A DNA stretch of 31,459 nucleotides from an uncultured Rikenella sp. (GCA_964524635.1 CAZGDJ010000002.1:1-31459); one strand, 5' to 3'. Positions 1 through 8,400 are shown, counted from the first letter of the stretch. A program made the numbers and translations. Notes: a model not told the origin generated them from the sequence alone.

Positions 1-30
1 AGCTCCAGAAATGATCAAAGAAATTTGTGA

Positions 31-1758
31 AGGACTGAAATTAAGGTCAATAAAGGTGATTACAATTTCACTAATCTGAAGATCGTTCCAAATACCCAGG
101 GTCAGGTCTGGCAGCTTGCACAATTTGATGACCAGATATTATGCGGTCATAATGATGGCACATTACTTCTCGACCAGGGTTCATTCCGTATGATCTCAAG
201 TATAACGGGTGGGTGGTCGATAAAAAGATACAGTGATTTGCTCCTCGAGGGAACTTATACCGGTATAGTATCATTTAGAAAGGATGAAGAAGGAAAGTGG
301 CAGTTCCGTAACAGAATCAGCGGATATACAGAACCTACAAGATTTTTGGAGGTTGATTACCTCGGATATATTTGGGCGATTCATCCGCAGAAAGGTATTT
401 ACAGGCTGGAGATGAATGAGGCAACAGACTCGGTAGACAATATAATATTCTTCAGTTCAATAGCCGACACAACCCATCGTCTGGCCATGTCAAAGGTTAA
501 CAACCAGGTGGTATTTATGACTTCAGAGCATATATATGCATTTAACTATGAAAGTAAAACTTTCTACCCTATAGAATCACTTGAGACAGGTTTGGGTGAT
601 TACATAAGAGCAACTCAAATAATACCGTACCAGAAAAACAGCTATTGGTTCATTCTGGGTAACAGAATTGGGTTATTTGAGATCAACAGAGAACTGGAAG
701 CAAAAAAAGTACTGGAATTCTTCCACAAATTTGCTGATCTGCCCGGACGGGAACAGCAGATTATTTCACTTGATAAAAACACCCTCTTGATTCCGACCCG
801 TCAGGCGTTCTCAACATTTAACATGACTCGTTTGGGTCATGAACGGGAGACTTCATCGGTAAATATCAGCCGACTTGTGTTCAGTGGAAAAAATAAAAAT
901 GTGACTATTATTCCTTTACTCTCACAGGACCATAAGGTGCCAAATCGGGACAATAATTTAACTGTATATCTGTCTGATCCGGCCTATTTCGACCAGAATG
1001 AAAAGGAATTCATGTACCGGATTACTGAGCTAGGTGAAGAGTGGCACAGGACAACACTTGACAATTTTTCTTTTCTGAACCTGAGATTTGGACATTATCA
1101 TCTGCAGGCCAAGGCTGTTACCGGAGAGAAGATCACTGAGGTTGAATTCTCTGTAAAAAGACCCAAATACCTGAGCTTGCCGGCTATTCTTTTATACTTA
1201 TTACTTCTTGCCGGATTGGTTGTGATAGGAGTTAAGTTCTTCAGACATGAACTGGAACGTCATCGTAAGCTTATTGAATATGAAGTTAGAAAAAACAAGC
1301 TTGAGAGCGAGTTGGATTACAAGAGCTATGAGTTAATGCTTACAATGAGATATTTAATCAGAAAAACAGACATTCTGAGAGAATTGCATGAAAAACTTGA
1401 TTCACTGAAAACTTATTCATCAAAGTTCCCGGTAAAGTACATAAGGGAGATGGAGCAAATAATAGACCATGGGCTTGATACCCAGACGGAGGAATGGCAG
1501 AATGTGATGAAAAACCTGAAATTGTCTCACGAAGGCTTTTTCCGTAAGCTTAAGGAAAAATATCCTTCCCTGACGCCAAATGACCTGAGGCTATGCTCAT
1601 ATTTGAGAATGAATTTTACTACCAAAGAGATAGCTAATCTGACAAACATCTCAGGTCGGGCTGTTGAAATAGGAAGATACAGGTTGAGAAGAAAGATGAA
1701 TCTGGGTCATGATATAAACCTTACGGAATTTCTGATAAAAGAATCTGAGACCTCATAA
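31..1758 (+). CDS. Membrane-anchored sensor/regulator (beta-propeller remnant + Y_Y_Y-like domain + TM helix + C-terminal LuxR-type HTH); 5' end apparently disrupted
   Basis: Frame 1 is open from 31 (RTEIKVNKGDYNFTNLKIVPNTQGQVWQLAQFDDQILCGHNDG...), upstream of the ORF-track Met at 190, and has an in-frame TGA at 28-30. It contains propeller-type repeats, FSFLNLRFGHYHLQAKA (Y_Y_Y-like), a TM helix (LPAILLYLLLLAGLVVIGV), a coiled coil and an HTH (LTPNDLRLCSYLRMNFTTKEIANLTNISGRAVEIGRYRLRRK). No His-kinase or receiver domain is visible. Confidence 0.75.
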   Translation, partial: RTEIKVNKGDYNFTNLKIVPNTQGQVWQLAQFDDQILCGHNDGTLLLDQGSFRMISSITGGWSIKRYSDLLLEGTYTGIVSFRKDEEGKWQFRNRISGYTEPTRFLEVDYLGYIWAIHPQKGIYRLEMNEATDSVDNIIFFSSIADTTHRLAMSKVNNQVVFMTSEHIYAFNYESKTFYPIESLETGLGDYIRATQIIPYQKNSYWFILGNRIGLFEINRELEAKKVLEFFHKFADLPGREQQIISLDKNTLLIPTRQAFSTFNMTRLGHERETSSVNISRLVFSGKNKNVTIIPLLSQDHKVPNRDNNLTVYLSDPAYFDQNEKEFMYRITELGEEWHRTTLDNFSFLNLRFGHYHLQAKAVTGEKITEVEFSVKRPKYLSLPAILLYLLLLAGLVVIGVKFFRHELERHRKLIEYEVRKNKLESELDYKSYELMLTMRYLIRKTDILRELHEKLDSLKTYSSKFPVKYIREMEQIIDHGLDTQTEEWQNVMKNLKLSHEGFFRKLKEKYPSLTPNDLRLCSYLRMNFTTKEIANLTNISGRAVEIGRYRLRRKMNLGHDINLTEFLIKESETS

Positions 1759-1782
1759 GGGGCAGATAATAAAGTGGAAGAT

Positions 1783-2235
1783 TTAATACCTTTCAGACCT
1801 GAACCCTCTGTCAAAAACAGGATTGTGGGTAAACTCCCCGGTGATCATGTTAAAATACCCGGCTATATGCTTCGGATTAAGACGGTAGGTAATTTCATCG
1901 TTATCATTGACAAATGGTTTCCCTAAAGCCATAATCTCTTCAAGACATATATCCCTGTCCATCGCCTGATGAGTATAATATTCATATGTGGCCCTGGGTA
2001 TGGCTATTACGATAGTAAATGTGCCATATTCCTTACGCTGAAACAGAAAATATACTATCTCAACCGGTTCATTAGGGCTTACCCTGTCTGTGGAGTGTGA
2101 TAGCTGAGACTCATAAACAAAACCCTCTCTTATTATTGTCTCGGCTATGTTTTTATCTCTTGTAGTATGCAGCAGAACAATACAATCAGAGTATTCATTC
2201 AGGTATAAGGCAAGCTTTTCACCCTGACTTTTCAT
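1783..2235 (-). CDS. Hypothetical protein (150 aa from MKSQ), possible ADP-ribosyltransferase-like fold
   Basis: ORF track 1783..2292 starts at a non-ATG codon; the first ATG is at 2235. Motifs: LLHTT..IAETIIREGF, HSTD, EYGTFTIVIAIP, LNPKHIAGY. The fold call is an inference. Confidence 0.65.
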   Translation of the reverse strand: MKSQGEKLALYLNEYSDCIVLLHTTRDKNIAETIIREGFVYESQLSHSTDRVSPNEPVEIVYFLFQRKEYGTFTIVIAIPRATYEYYTHQAMDRDICLEEIMALGKPFVNDNDEITYRLNPKHIAGYFNMITGEFTHNPVFDRGFRSERY

Positions 2236-2314
2236 TGGCAGTAGAGGTTTGGGCAAATCAAAAGTAGCTTTAAGTTTTATCAATAACAACACTTGCAGGC
2301 CCGTGCTATAATAT

Positions 2315-2322
2315 TAATTTTG
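2315..2322 (+). promoter_or_regulatory. Bacteroidota housekeeping-sigma -7 element upstream of znuA
   Basis: TAATTTTG matches TAnnTTTG; CTTG lies 19 nt upstream as a -33-like element; 21 nt before the ATG at 2344. Confidence 0.6.
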
Positions 2323-2343
2323 CACTCATCAGACCTGTCGGAT

Positions 2344-3228
2344 ATGAAAAATGCCATTCTTTCGGTCGTTGCACTAAGTTTGCTTTTAGTTTCCTGTGGA
2401 ATGCCTCATAGTAAAAAGGATTCCAGGGTTATTACTGTAAGCATTCCACCTTACGAGTACTTTGTAAAGGCTATAACAGACAGCGATTTTGTAATCAGTG
2501 TCATGCTTCCTCCGGGAGCTGATCATCATTCATGGGAACCACTTCCTGGACAAATTGCTTCACTGGCAGAATCAGAAGCTTTTATCATAAATGGTCATCT
2601 GGGATTCGAATTTGCATGGATGAGCCGGTTCAGGGAAGTAAACCCTGGTATGAAGATTCTGGATATTTCCGAATATGTTAATCTCATTGAACCTGTCGGG
2701 GAAGAGGTACATAGAAATCATAGCCATGAAAATGAGGGCGCAGATCCGCATTACTGGATGTCTCCTAAGGAAGCTTTGAATATTGCAGCTTCTGTCAGGG
2801 ACCTGGCAGTGACCCTTAAGCCATCAGAAGTGTCACGGTATAATGAAAACTATAATAAGCTTCTTAAGAAGATAGCTGAAGTTGACTCTGCGGTTACAGC
2901 TTTATTTAATATTGCCGGTTCAAAGACATTCATGATCTATCATCCGGCTCTGGTCTATATGATGCGTGACTATGGTATTGAGCAGATACCTTTCGAGGAT
3001 GAAGGCAAAGATCCTTCTCCTGCCAGAATGAAGGAGCTGGTTGACATTGCCAGGTCAAAAAACATTAAAGTTATCTTTGTCCAGGCTGAGTACGATGCAA
3101 AAAGCGCCATGGTGCTGGCCAGGGAGACTGGAGCAGAGCTTATAACCATTAATCCCATGAACTCTGACTGGGAGTCAGCTGTTATGGAAGTAGCAGAAGC
3201 ATTAAGCAATTATCAGGTGAAAGAATAG
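2344..3228 (+). CDS. znuA: Zn/Mn ABC transporter substrate-binding lipoprotein (ZnuA/TroA family)
   Basis: Lipoprotein signal MKNAILSVVALSLLLVSC; metal-binding motifs DHHSWEP, DPHYW and YHPAL; short His-rich loop HRNHSHE; followed by ATPase and permease genes. Confidence 0.88.
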   Translation: MKNAILSVVALSLLLVSCGMPHSKKDSRVITVSIPPYEYFVKAITDSDFVISVMLPPGADHHSWEPLPGQIASLAESEAFIINGHLGFEFAWMSRFREVNPGMKILDISEYVNLIEPVGEEVHRNHSHENEGADPHYWMSPKEALNIAASVRDLAVTLKPSEVSRYNENYNKLLKKIAEVDSAVTALFNIAGSKTFMIYHPALVYMMRDYGIEQIPFEDEGKDPSPARMKELVDIARSKNIKVIFVQAEYDAKSAMVLARETGAELITINPMNSDWESAVMEVAEALSNYQVKE

Positions 3229-3230
3229 AA

Positions 3231-3345
3231 ACAAAAGACAAAAGGCACAAGTTGACGAATGAAATGAGGAAATCCCGCAAAGCGGGAACAAAAGTTAAAC
3301 GTGTACATTGAGCCTCACTTTTATCTTTTTACTTTTGTCTTTTAT
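3231..3345. repeat. Heptamer-based inverted-repeat element, copy 1, with an internal small hairpin
   Basis: AAAAGACAAAAG (3233-3244) is the exact inverse of CTTTTGTCTTTT (3332-3343). Internal hairpin TCCCGC-AAA-GCGGGA at 3273-3287. 3315-3343 is the exact reverse complement of 15040-15068. Confidence 0.85.
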
Positions 3346-3389
3346 CCTGACTTATGACCGGCAAACCAAAAGACCAGTAAACCTAAAAA

Positions 3390-4133
3390 ATGGCAGTACT
3401 TTTTAAAATTGACTCACTGAATGCAGGTTATGGGAACAAGATTGTTCTTAGTGACATAAACCTTACTGTCGAATCTGATGATTTTATTGGTATTATTGGT
3501 CCTAATGGCGGTGGAAAGACCACCCTTTTAAAGGTTATAATTGGTCTCTTGAAGCCACTCTCAGGTAAGATTAACTTTTCTCCGGGGGATCTTAAGAAAA
3601 ACCAGATCGGCTACCTGCCACAGGTTGCGCAAGGTGACACTCTTTTTCCGGTTACAGTTGAAGATGTTGTTCTGTCAGGTCTTATGTTGAATAAGAGATC
3701 TTCTGGTCACATGAATGGTGAAGACAGGAAAAGGGCAGCAGGTGTTATGGAAGAGTTAGGGCTGGAGAAGCTTGCACAAAGGGCTCTGAATGAACTATCG
3801 GGAGGGCAGTTGCAGCGTGTTTATCTGGCGAGAGCGGTGGTCGGGTCCCCGCGTCTGTTGCTTCTTGATGAACCGGCTACTTTCGTCGATTCATCATTTG
3901 AGACTGACTTTTATGAGAAATTGAGATTGCTTAACAATCGTATGGCAATAATGATGGTATCTCATGATATAGGAACAATATCAGCATGGGTTAAATCATT
4001 TGCGTGCATCAACGGTGGATTAAACTATCACCCTCACAGCAAGATAACCCAGGAGGATCTCAATATGTATGGTTGCCCAATTCAGCTTGTCACTCATGGT
4101 GATGTCCCGCATATTGTGCTTAATAAACATTAA
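3390..4133 (+). CDS. znuC: Metal ABC transporter ATP-binding protein
   Basis: Walker A GPNGGGKTT, signature LSGGQ, Walker B LLLLDEP, H-loop SHD; Cys/His-rich C-terminal tail. Confidence 0.88.
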   Translation: MAVLFKIDSLNAGYGNKIVLSDINLTVESDDFIGIIGPNGGGKTTLLKVIIGLLKPLSGKINFSPGDLKKNQIGYLPQVAQGDTLFPVTVEDVVLSGLMLNKRSSGHMNGEDRKRAAGVMEELGLEKLAQRALNELSGGQLQRVYLARAVVGSPRLLLLDEPATFVDSSFETDFYEKLRLLNNRMAIMMVSHDIGTISAWVKSFACINGGLNYHPHSKITQEDLNMYGCPIQLVTHGDVPHIVLNKH

Positions 4134-4135
4134 AA

Positions 4136-4972
4136 ATGGAAAACATCCTTGCATACTCATTTATTATCAAGTCTTTGCTTGGAGCCGTCTTTGCAAGCAT
4201 TACTGCAGGCATTGCAGGCACATATATAGTCTCGCGCCGACTTGTCTTCCTCAGCGGAGGCATTACCCATGCATCATTCGGAGGCATAGGCCTGGGATAT
4301 TTCCTCGGAATAAATCCGGTAATCGGGGCTGCATTTTTCGGTCTTGGCTCAGCAATTGGAATAGAATACCTCTCTGGCAGGGGTAAGATGCGTGAAGACA
4401 GTGCAATAGGTATTCTTTGGGCCTTCGGAATGGCACTTGGGATCATTTTTATCTACCTGACACCGGGTTATGCCCCCAATCTGATGAGCTACCTTTTTGG
4501 CAGCATCCTTACAGTCACTACCGGAGACCTTATCGCCCTGGGTATTATGTCACTATTGATGATCCTATATACAGTCTCTTTTTACAGGACGTTGCTTTAC
4601 ATTTCATTTGATGAGAATTATGCCAGGACTTTCACCAGTCATGTAGACCTGTTTAAATATATTTCCATTGGCCTGACCGGATTGGCTATAGTGCTTAACA
4701 TAAGGATGGCAGGTGTCATACTAATAATTTCGCTTCTTACAATTCCTGCAAATATTATAATGCTATTTACAAGAAAATACCTGAGAATAATACTGTGTTC
4801 CTTTGTTATCAGTTTTACAGGTATAAGCACCGGTTTTGTGATATCATGGTATACCAGTCTGCCTACAGGTGCAACAATTGTGTTTGTGCTGGTCATTTTC
4901 TGGCTTATTGCTAAAAGCATTAAATGGATGTCACTAAGAAGAAATATAATTGCTATAAAAGAAGTAAAATGA
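4136..4972 (+). CDS. znuB: Metal ABC transporter permease (ABC-3 family)
   Basis: Multiple TM helices; GITHASFGG and LMSYLFGSIL motifs; starts 2 nt after znuC. Confidence 0.88.
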   Translation: MENILAYSFIIKSLLGAVFASITAGIAGTYIVSRRLVFLSGGITHASFGGIGLGYFLGINPVIGAAFFGLGSAIGIEYLSGRGKMREDSAIGILWAFGMALGIIFIYLTPGYAPNLMSYLFGSILTVTTGDLIALGIMSLLMILYTVSFYRTLLYISFDENYARTFTSHVDLFKYISIGLTGLAIVLNIRMAGVILIISLLTIPANIIMLFTRKYLRIILCSFVISFTGISTGFVISWYTSLPTGATIVFVLVIFWLIAKSIKWMSLRRNIIAIKEVK

Positions 4973-6363
4973 ATAGATTTGACCTTTTGGTAATTGGCAG
5001 TGGCCCGGGAGGATATGTTGCAGCAATAAGAGCCTCACAACTTGGAATGAAAGTTGGCGTTGTTGAGAAAGCTGAACCGGGAGGTATTTGTCTTAACTGG
5101 GGTTGCATCCCAACAAAAGCACTGTTGAAAAGCGCTCAGGTCCTTGATTATTGCAGACATGCAGCTGATTACGGGATAGTTGCCGGCGGAGAAACACATG
5201 CTGATTTTGCAGCTGTAATTGCCCGCAGCAGAAGTGTGGCAGATGCAATGAGTAAAGGCATTCAATATCTGTTTAAAAAACACAATATTGAATTAATAAA
5301 GGGTTTTGGCAGGCTTAAAGACAGGGGAACTGTTGAAGTTGAGTCTTCAGATCAGGGCGTCCAGCTATTTTATGCAAACCACATAATAATTGCTACAGGT
5401 GCCAGGTCAAAAGAGTTGCCCAGGCTGGAACAGGATGGAAGGAAAGTGATCGGATACCGTGAAGCCATGAGCCTGCCTGTTTTACCTGCATCAATGGTAG
5501 TTATAGGTTCAGGTGCTATCGGCAGTGAATTCGCTAATTTTTACAGGTCAATGGGCACCGAAGTTACACTGGTGGAGTATATGCAAAGAGTTCTGCCGCT
5601 TGAAGATGAAGAGGTGTCACGCACTGTGGAGCGTGCTTTCAGAAAGATAAAAATAAAGCTGATGACAGGCTCTTCTGTCAAGAAAGTGGATGTGACTGAG
5701 GGCAACTGCAATGTCACTGTCACAACACCCAAAGGAGAGGAACATGTAACAGCTGAAATAGTCCTTTCAGCTGTCGGAGTAACACCAAATATTGAGGGTA
5801 TAGGACTTGAACAATGCGGTGTCAGGACTGAACGTGGTAAAATCGTTGTAGATGAATTCTACCGGACCTCTGTTGAAGGTATTTATGCTATCGGGGATGT
5901 TGTGCCAGGACCTGCCCTCGCACATGTTGCCTCTGCAGAAGCTATTGTATGTGTTGAAAAGATAGCAGGCAAAGACCCTGATCCGGTTGACTATGGCAAC
6001 ATCCCGGCTTGTACATATACAACACCTGAGGTTGCATCATGTGGTATGACTGAAGAGTCTGCGAGAAAAGCCGGCATGGAGGTAATAACGGGCAAATTTA
6101 TGTTTATGGCATCAGGCAAAGCAACTGCATCTGGTGCACGTGACGGATTTGTCAAGCTGGTTTTTGATTCTGTCAGTCATAAACTGCTGGGAGGACAAAT
6201 GGTGGGAATGAATGTGACTGAGATGATAGCATCTGTTGTGATGGCTCGCCGGATGGGAGCAACAGCCCATGACATGATTCGAAGTATCCATCCTCATCCT
6301 ACTATGTCAGAGGCAGTTATGGAAGCAGCTGCCGCATCTCTCGGAGAAGCAATTCATGGATGA
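4969..6363 (+). CDS. lpdA: Dihydrolipoyl dehydrogenase (E3)
   Basis: FAD motif GSGPGG, redox disulfide GGICLNWGCIPTK, NAD motif GSGAIG, C-terminal HPTMSE. The ATG at 4969 overlaps the znuB stop (ATGA). Confidence 0.93.
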   Translation: MNRFDLLVIGSGPGGYVAAIRASQLGMKVGVVEKAEPGGICLNWGCIPTKALLKSAQVLDYCRHAADYGIVAGGETHADFAAVIARSRSVADAMSKGIQYLFKKHNIELIKGFGRLKDRGTVEVESSDQGVQLFYANHIIIATGARSKELPRLEQDGRKVIGYREAMSLPVLPASMVVIGSGAIGSEFANFYRSMGTEVTLVEYMQRVLPLEDEEVSRTVERAFRKIKIKLMTGSSVKKVDVTEGNCNVTVTTPKGEEHVTAEIVLSAVGVTPNIEGIGLEQCGVRTERGKIVVDEFYRTSVEGIYAIGDVVPGPALAHVASAEAIVCVEKIAGKDPDPVDYGNIPACTYTTPEVASCGMTEESARKAGMEVITGKFMFMASGKATASGARDGFVKLVFDSVSHKLLGGQMVGMNVTEMIASVVMARRMGATAHDMIRSIHPHPTMSEAVMEAAAASLGEAIHG

Positions 6364-6394
6364 TTTTCCAGACCGGAAAAACATTCTCATTAAC

Positions 6395-6420
6395 GCAACC
6401 TTTATTTAGCTTTTATCATC
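6395..6420 (+). promoter_or_regulatory. Candidate ECF-sigma (autoregulatory) promoter
   Basis: GCAACC (6395-6400), 16-nt spacer, CATC (6417-6420); resembles the generic ECF AAC/CGT architecture; 49 nt upstream of the sigma gene. Confidence 0.35.
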
Positions 6421-6469
6421 ATTTTATTGTTGACAAACTGCATTATTATTTCTTACCTTTATAACTCAG

Positions 6470-7042
6470 TTGAAAAACAGTTTGATAGGTATTGAGCAAA
6501 TAATTGATGGTTGTTTGTCAGGCAACAGGCGTGACCAGGAGTTGCTATACCGCAGGTATTCACCACGGCTTTATGCCGTTTGTCTTCAATACTCAGGTAA
6601 TACTGAAGAAGCGCGTGACGTACTGCAGGAAGGCTTTATAAAGATTTTTGAAAACCTGTCACGCTTTAGCCACGAAGGTTCTTTTGAAGGATGGATGAGA
6701 AGGATCATAGTGAACACCGCACTGGAGAGATATCGCAACAAATACTATCTGAACAGGGTTGATGATATTGATGGTGTTGACGAGCCTGAGGCACAACCCG
6801 GAACAGAAGACTTTTCAGGTCTTGAGGCTTATGACCTGTTGAATATGGTGATGGAGCTGCCTCCAAAATACAGGATGGTTTTCAACCTGTATGCCATTGA
6901 AGGCTATTCTCACAGGGAAATAGGAAGTATGCTGAACATTTCTGAAGGCACTTCCAAATCCAACCTCTCAAGAGCCAGAGATATTTTACAGAAGAAGGTG
7001 ATGATACTTACAGACATCAAAAAAATAGTGATAAATGTTTGA
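6470..7042 (+). CDS. ECF RNA polymerase sigma-70 factor
   Basis: Region 2 (DQELLYRRY...ARDVLQEGFIKIF...SFEGWMRRIIVN) and region 4 (LPPKYRMVFNLYAIEGYSHREIGSMLNISEGTSKSNLSRAR); TTG start. Confidence 0.92.
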   Translation: MKNSLIGIEQIIDGCLSGNRRDQELLYRRYSPRLYAVCLQYSGNTEEARDVLQEGFIKIFENLSRFSHEGSFEGWMRRIIVNTALERYRNKYYLNRVDDIDGVDEPEAQPGTEDFSGLEAYDLLNMVMELPPKYRMVFNLYAIEGYSHREIGSMLNISEGTSKSNLSRARDILQKKVMILTDIKKIVINV

Positions 7043-8345
7043 TAGAGAGTCAAATATTGATATTATTTTTCGTAACGGACTAAAGGATTTTGAAGTTCTG
7101 CCGCCTGGTGATGTCTGGGAGCAAATACCACCTGTTCGTTCTGTAAGAAACCGTTATAAATCTCTCTTGGGAATTGCTGCCGGGCTGGCAGCTCTAGTTA
7201 CCCTTTCTTTGATTGCTTCCGGCATCCTTAAAATCAGGAGTGACTCCGGGGTCAATACCCAGATGGCGGCAATCATTGATGCAAGTGAGCCTATTGTAAA
7301 ACCTCAAATAATGGCATCAGCCTCAGTTCCTGAGGTTACACCGGCAGCCTACTTTTCAGAAAAAGAACAGGTTATTACTAACCGGACCTTTGAAGAGCCT
7401 GTAAAAAACTTTACAGGGCCTGTATATCCTTCACTGGTATTAAATGAAAGTATAACTCTTGCAGAAAATGTTATACCGGAAATCGTTTCAGACAATACAG
7501 ACTTTGATTGGCTTACTTTTCCGGATCTGACTATTGACGTCTTTACACCTGATAATAACCTGGCTTTATTGGAGAAGCCCGCTAAAGAGGGACATAGGTT
7601 CTCTCTTGGCGCTTCAGTTTCGCCGGCTTTTAGTTTTACGGAACCGGGTGAAGACTTCAGGCTAAATGAGTTGATGGATAATGAACGGAGTCTGGCAAAT
7701 TATTCAACAGGCCTGACTTTTGCCTATAAATTGTCCCCGCGCTTTTCGCTTCAGTCTGGTGTCGGGTTATCATCAATAGGGCAATTGGTATCCGGAGTTG
7801 AAATTTTTGCAGGCCTGTCAGATTATTATTCTGTCAAAGGCGAGTACCTGTACTCAGTGCAGACTGCCTCAGGTGTTATTCTTTCAACAAATAATGATCT
7901 TTTTATCTCTGATAACAATAAGAGAGTCGGATCATATTCCGGCGGGAATATCGCAGGTATTCAGAAAAGACTTGACTATGTTGCGAATGATATCCGGCAG
8001 GTATTCCGCTATCTCGAAGTGCCTTTGGTAATAAGATACAAATTGTTTGACCGTAAGGTGGATGTTAATCTTTCGGGTGGAATGGCTTACGGCATTCTTG
8101 TTGAAAATAAAGCATTTGTGAATGATGGAACAAACAATATTAATATTGGAAGTACCCAGGGCGTCAATATGTTCAATGTAAGCAGCCAGGTCGGACTGGG
8201 AATGGAATATAATATTTCAAAGCAGATGTCTTTCAATGTTGAACCTGTTTTCAGGTACTACCTGACACCTTTCAGTAATCTTTCAAGTACCATAACAAGA
8301 CCATATTCATTTGGGCTTTTCTCTGGCTTCTTCTTCAGATTCTGA
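7035..8345 (+). CDS. Putative dual-membrane-spanning anti-sigma factor (N-terminal anti-sigma, TM helix, linker, C-terminal outer-membrane beta-barrel)
   Basis: Overlaps the sigma stop by 8 nt. N-terminus DIIFRNGLKDFEVLPPGDVWEQI; TM SLLGIAAGLAALVTLSLIASGIL; low-complexity linker; amphipathic beta strands (YLEVPLVIRYKL, QVGLGMEYNI, SFNVEPVFRYYL); terminal Phe (GFFFRF). Confidence 0.72.
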   Translation: MFDRESNIDIIFRNGLKDFEVLPPGDVWEQIPPVRSVRNRYKSLLGIAAGLAALVTLSLIASGILKIRSDSGVNTQMAAIIDASEPIVKPQIMASASVPEVTPAAYFSEKEQVITNRTFEEPVKNFTGPVYPSLVLNESITLAENVIPEIVSDNTDFDWLTFPDLTIDVFTPDNNLALLEKPAKEGHRFSLGASVSPAFSFTEPGEDFRLNELMDNERSLANYSTGLTFAYKLSPRFSLQSGVGLSSIGQLVSGVEIFAGLSDYYSVKGEYLYSVQTASGVILSTNNDLFISDNNKRVGSYSGGNIAGIQKRLDYVANDIRQVFRYLEVPLVIRYKLFDRKVDVNLSGGMAYGILVENKAFVNDGTNNINIGSTQGVNMFNVSSQVGLGMEYNISKQMSFNVEPVFRYYLTPFSNLSSTITRPYSFGLFSGFFFRF

Positions 8346-8400
8346 TCCTCTTCTTCCTCATCTCCTCCTGCGTTTTGTTCACCAGAAGCAATTAATTGAT

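Noticed and set aside
2-79. Frame-2 peptide APEMIKEICEGLKLRSIKVITISLI*
   Set aside because: Too short to assign; overlaps the better-supported frame 1; may be chance or part of a junction.
71-274. 67-aa minus-strand ORF
   Set aside because: Antisense shadow of the regulator frame; no recognisable motifs.
3229-3345. CRISPR-like or sRNA interpretation of the repeats
   Set aside because: No regularly spaced 25-45 nt direct repeats with unique spacers, no cas genes, and no recognisable RNA family motif.
4069-4920. Alternative-frame and antisense ORFs over znuB (105, 108, 64 and 93 aa)
   Set aside because: Fully overlap a well-supported permease gene; composition typical of shadow ORFs.
8346-8372. 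Pyrimidine-rich TCC/TCT tract after the anti-sigma gene
   Set aside because: Short low-complexity run with no hairpin or second copy.
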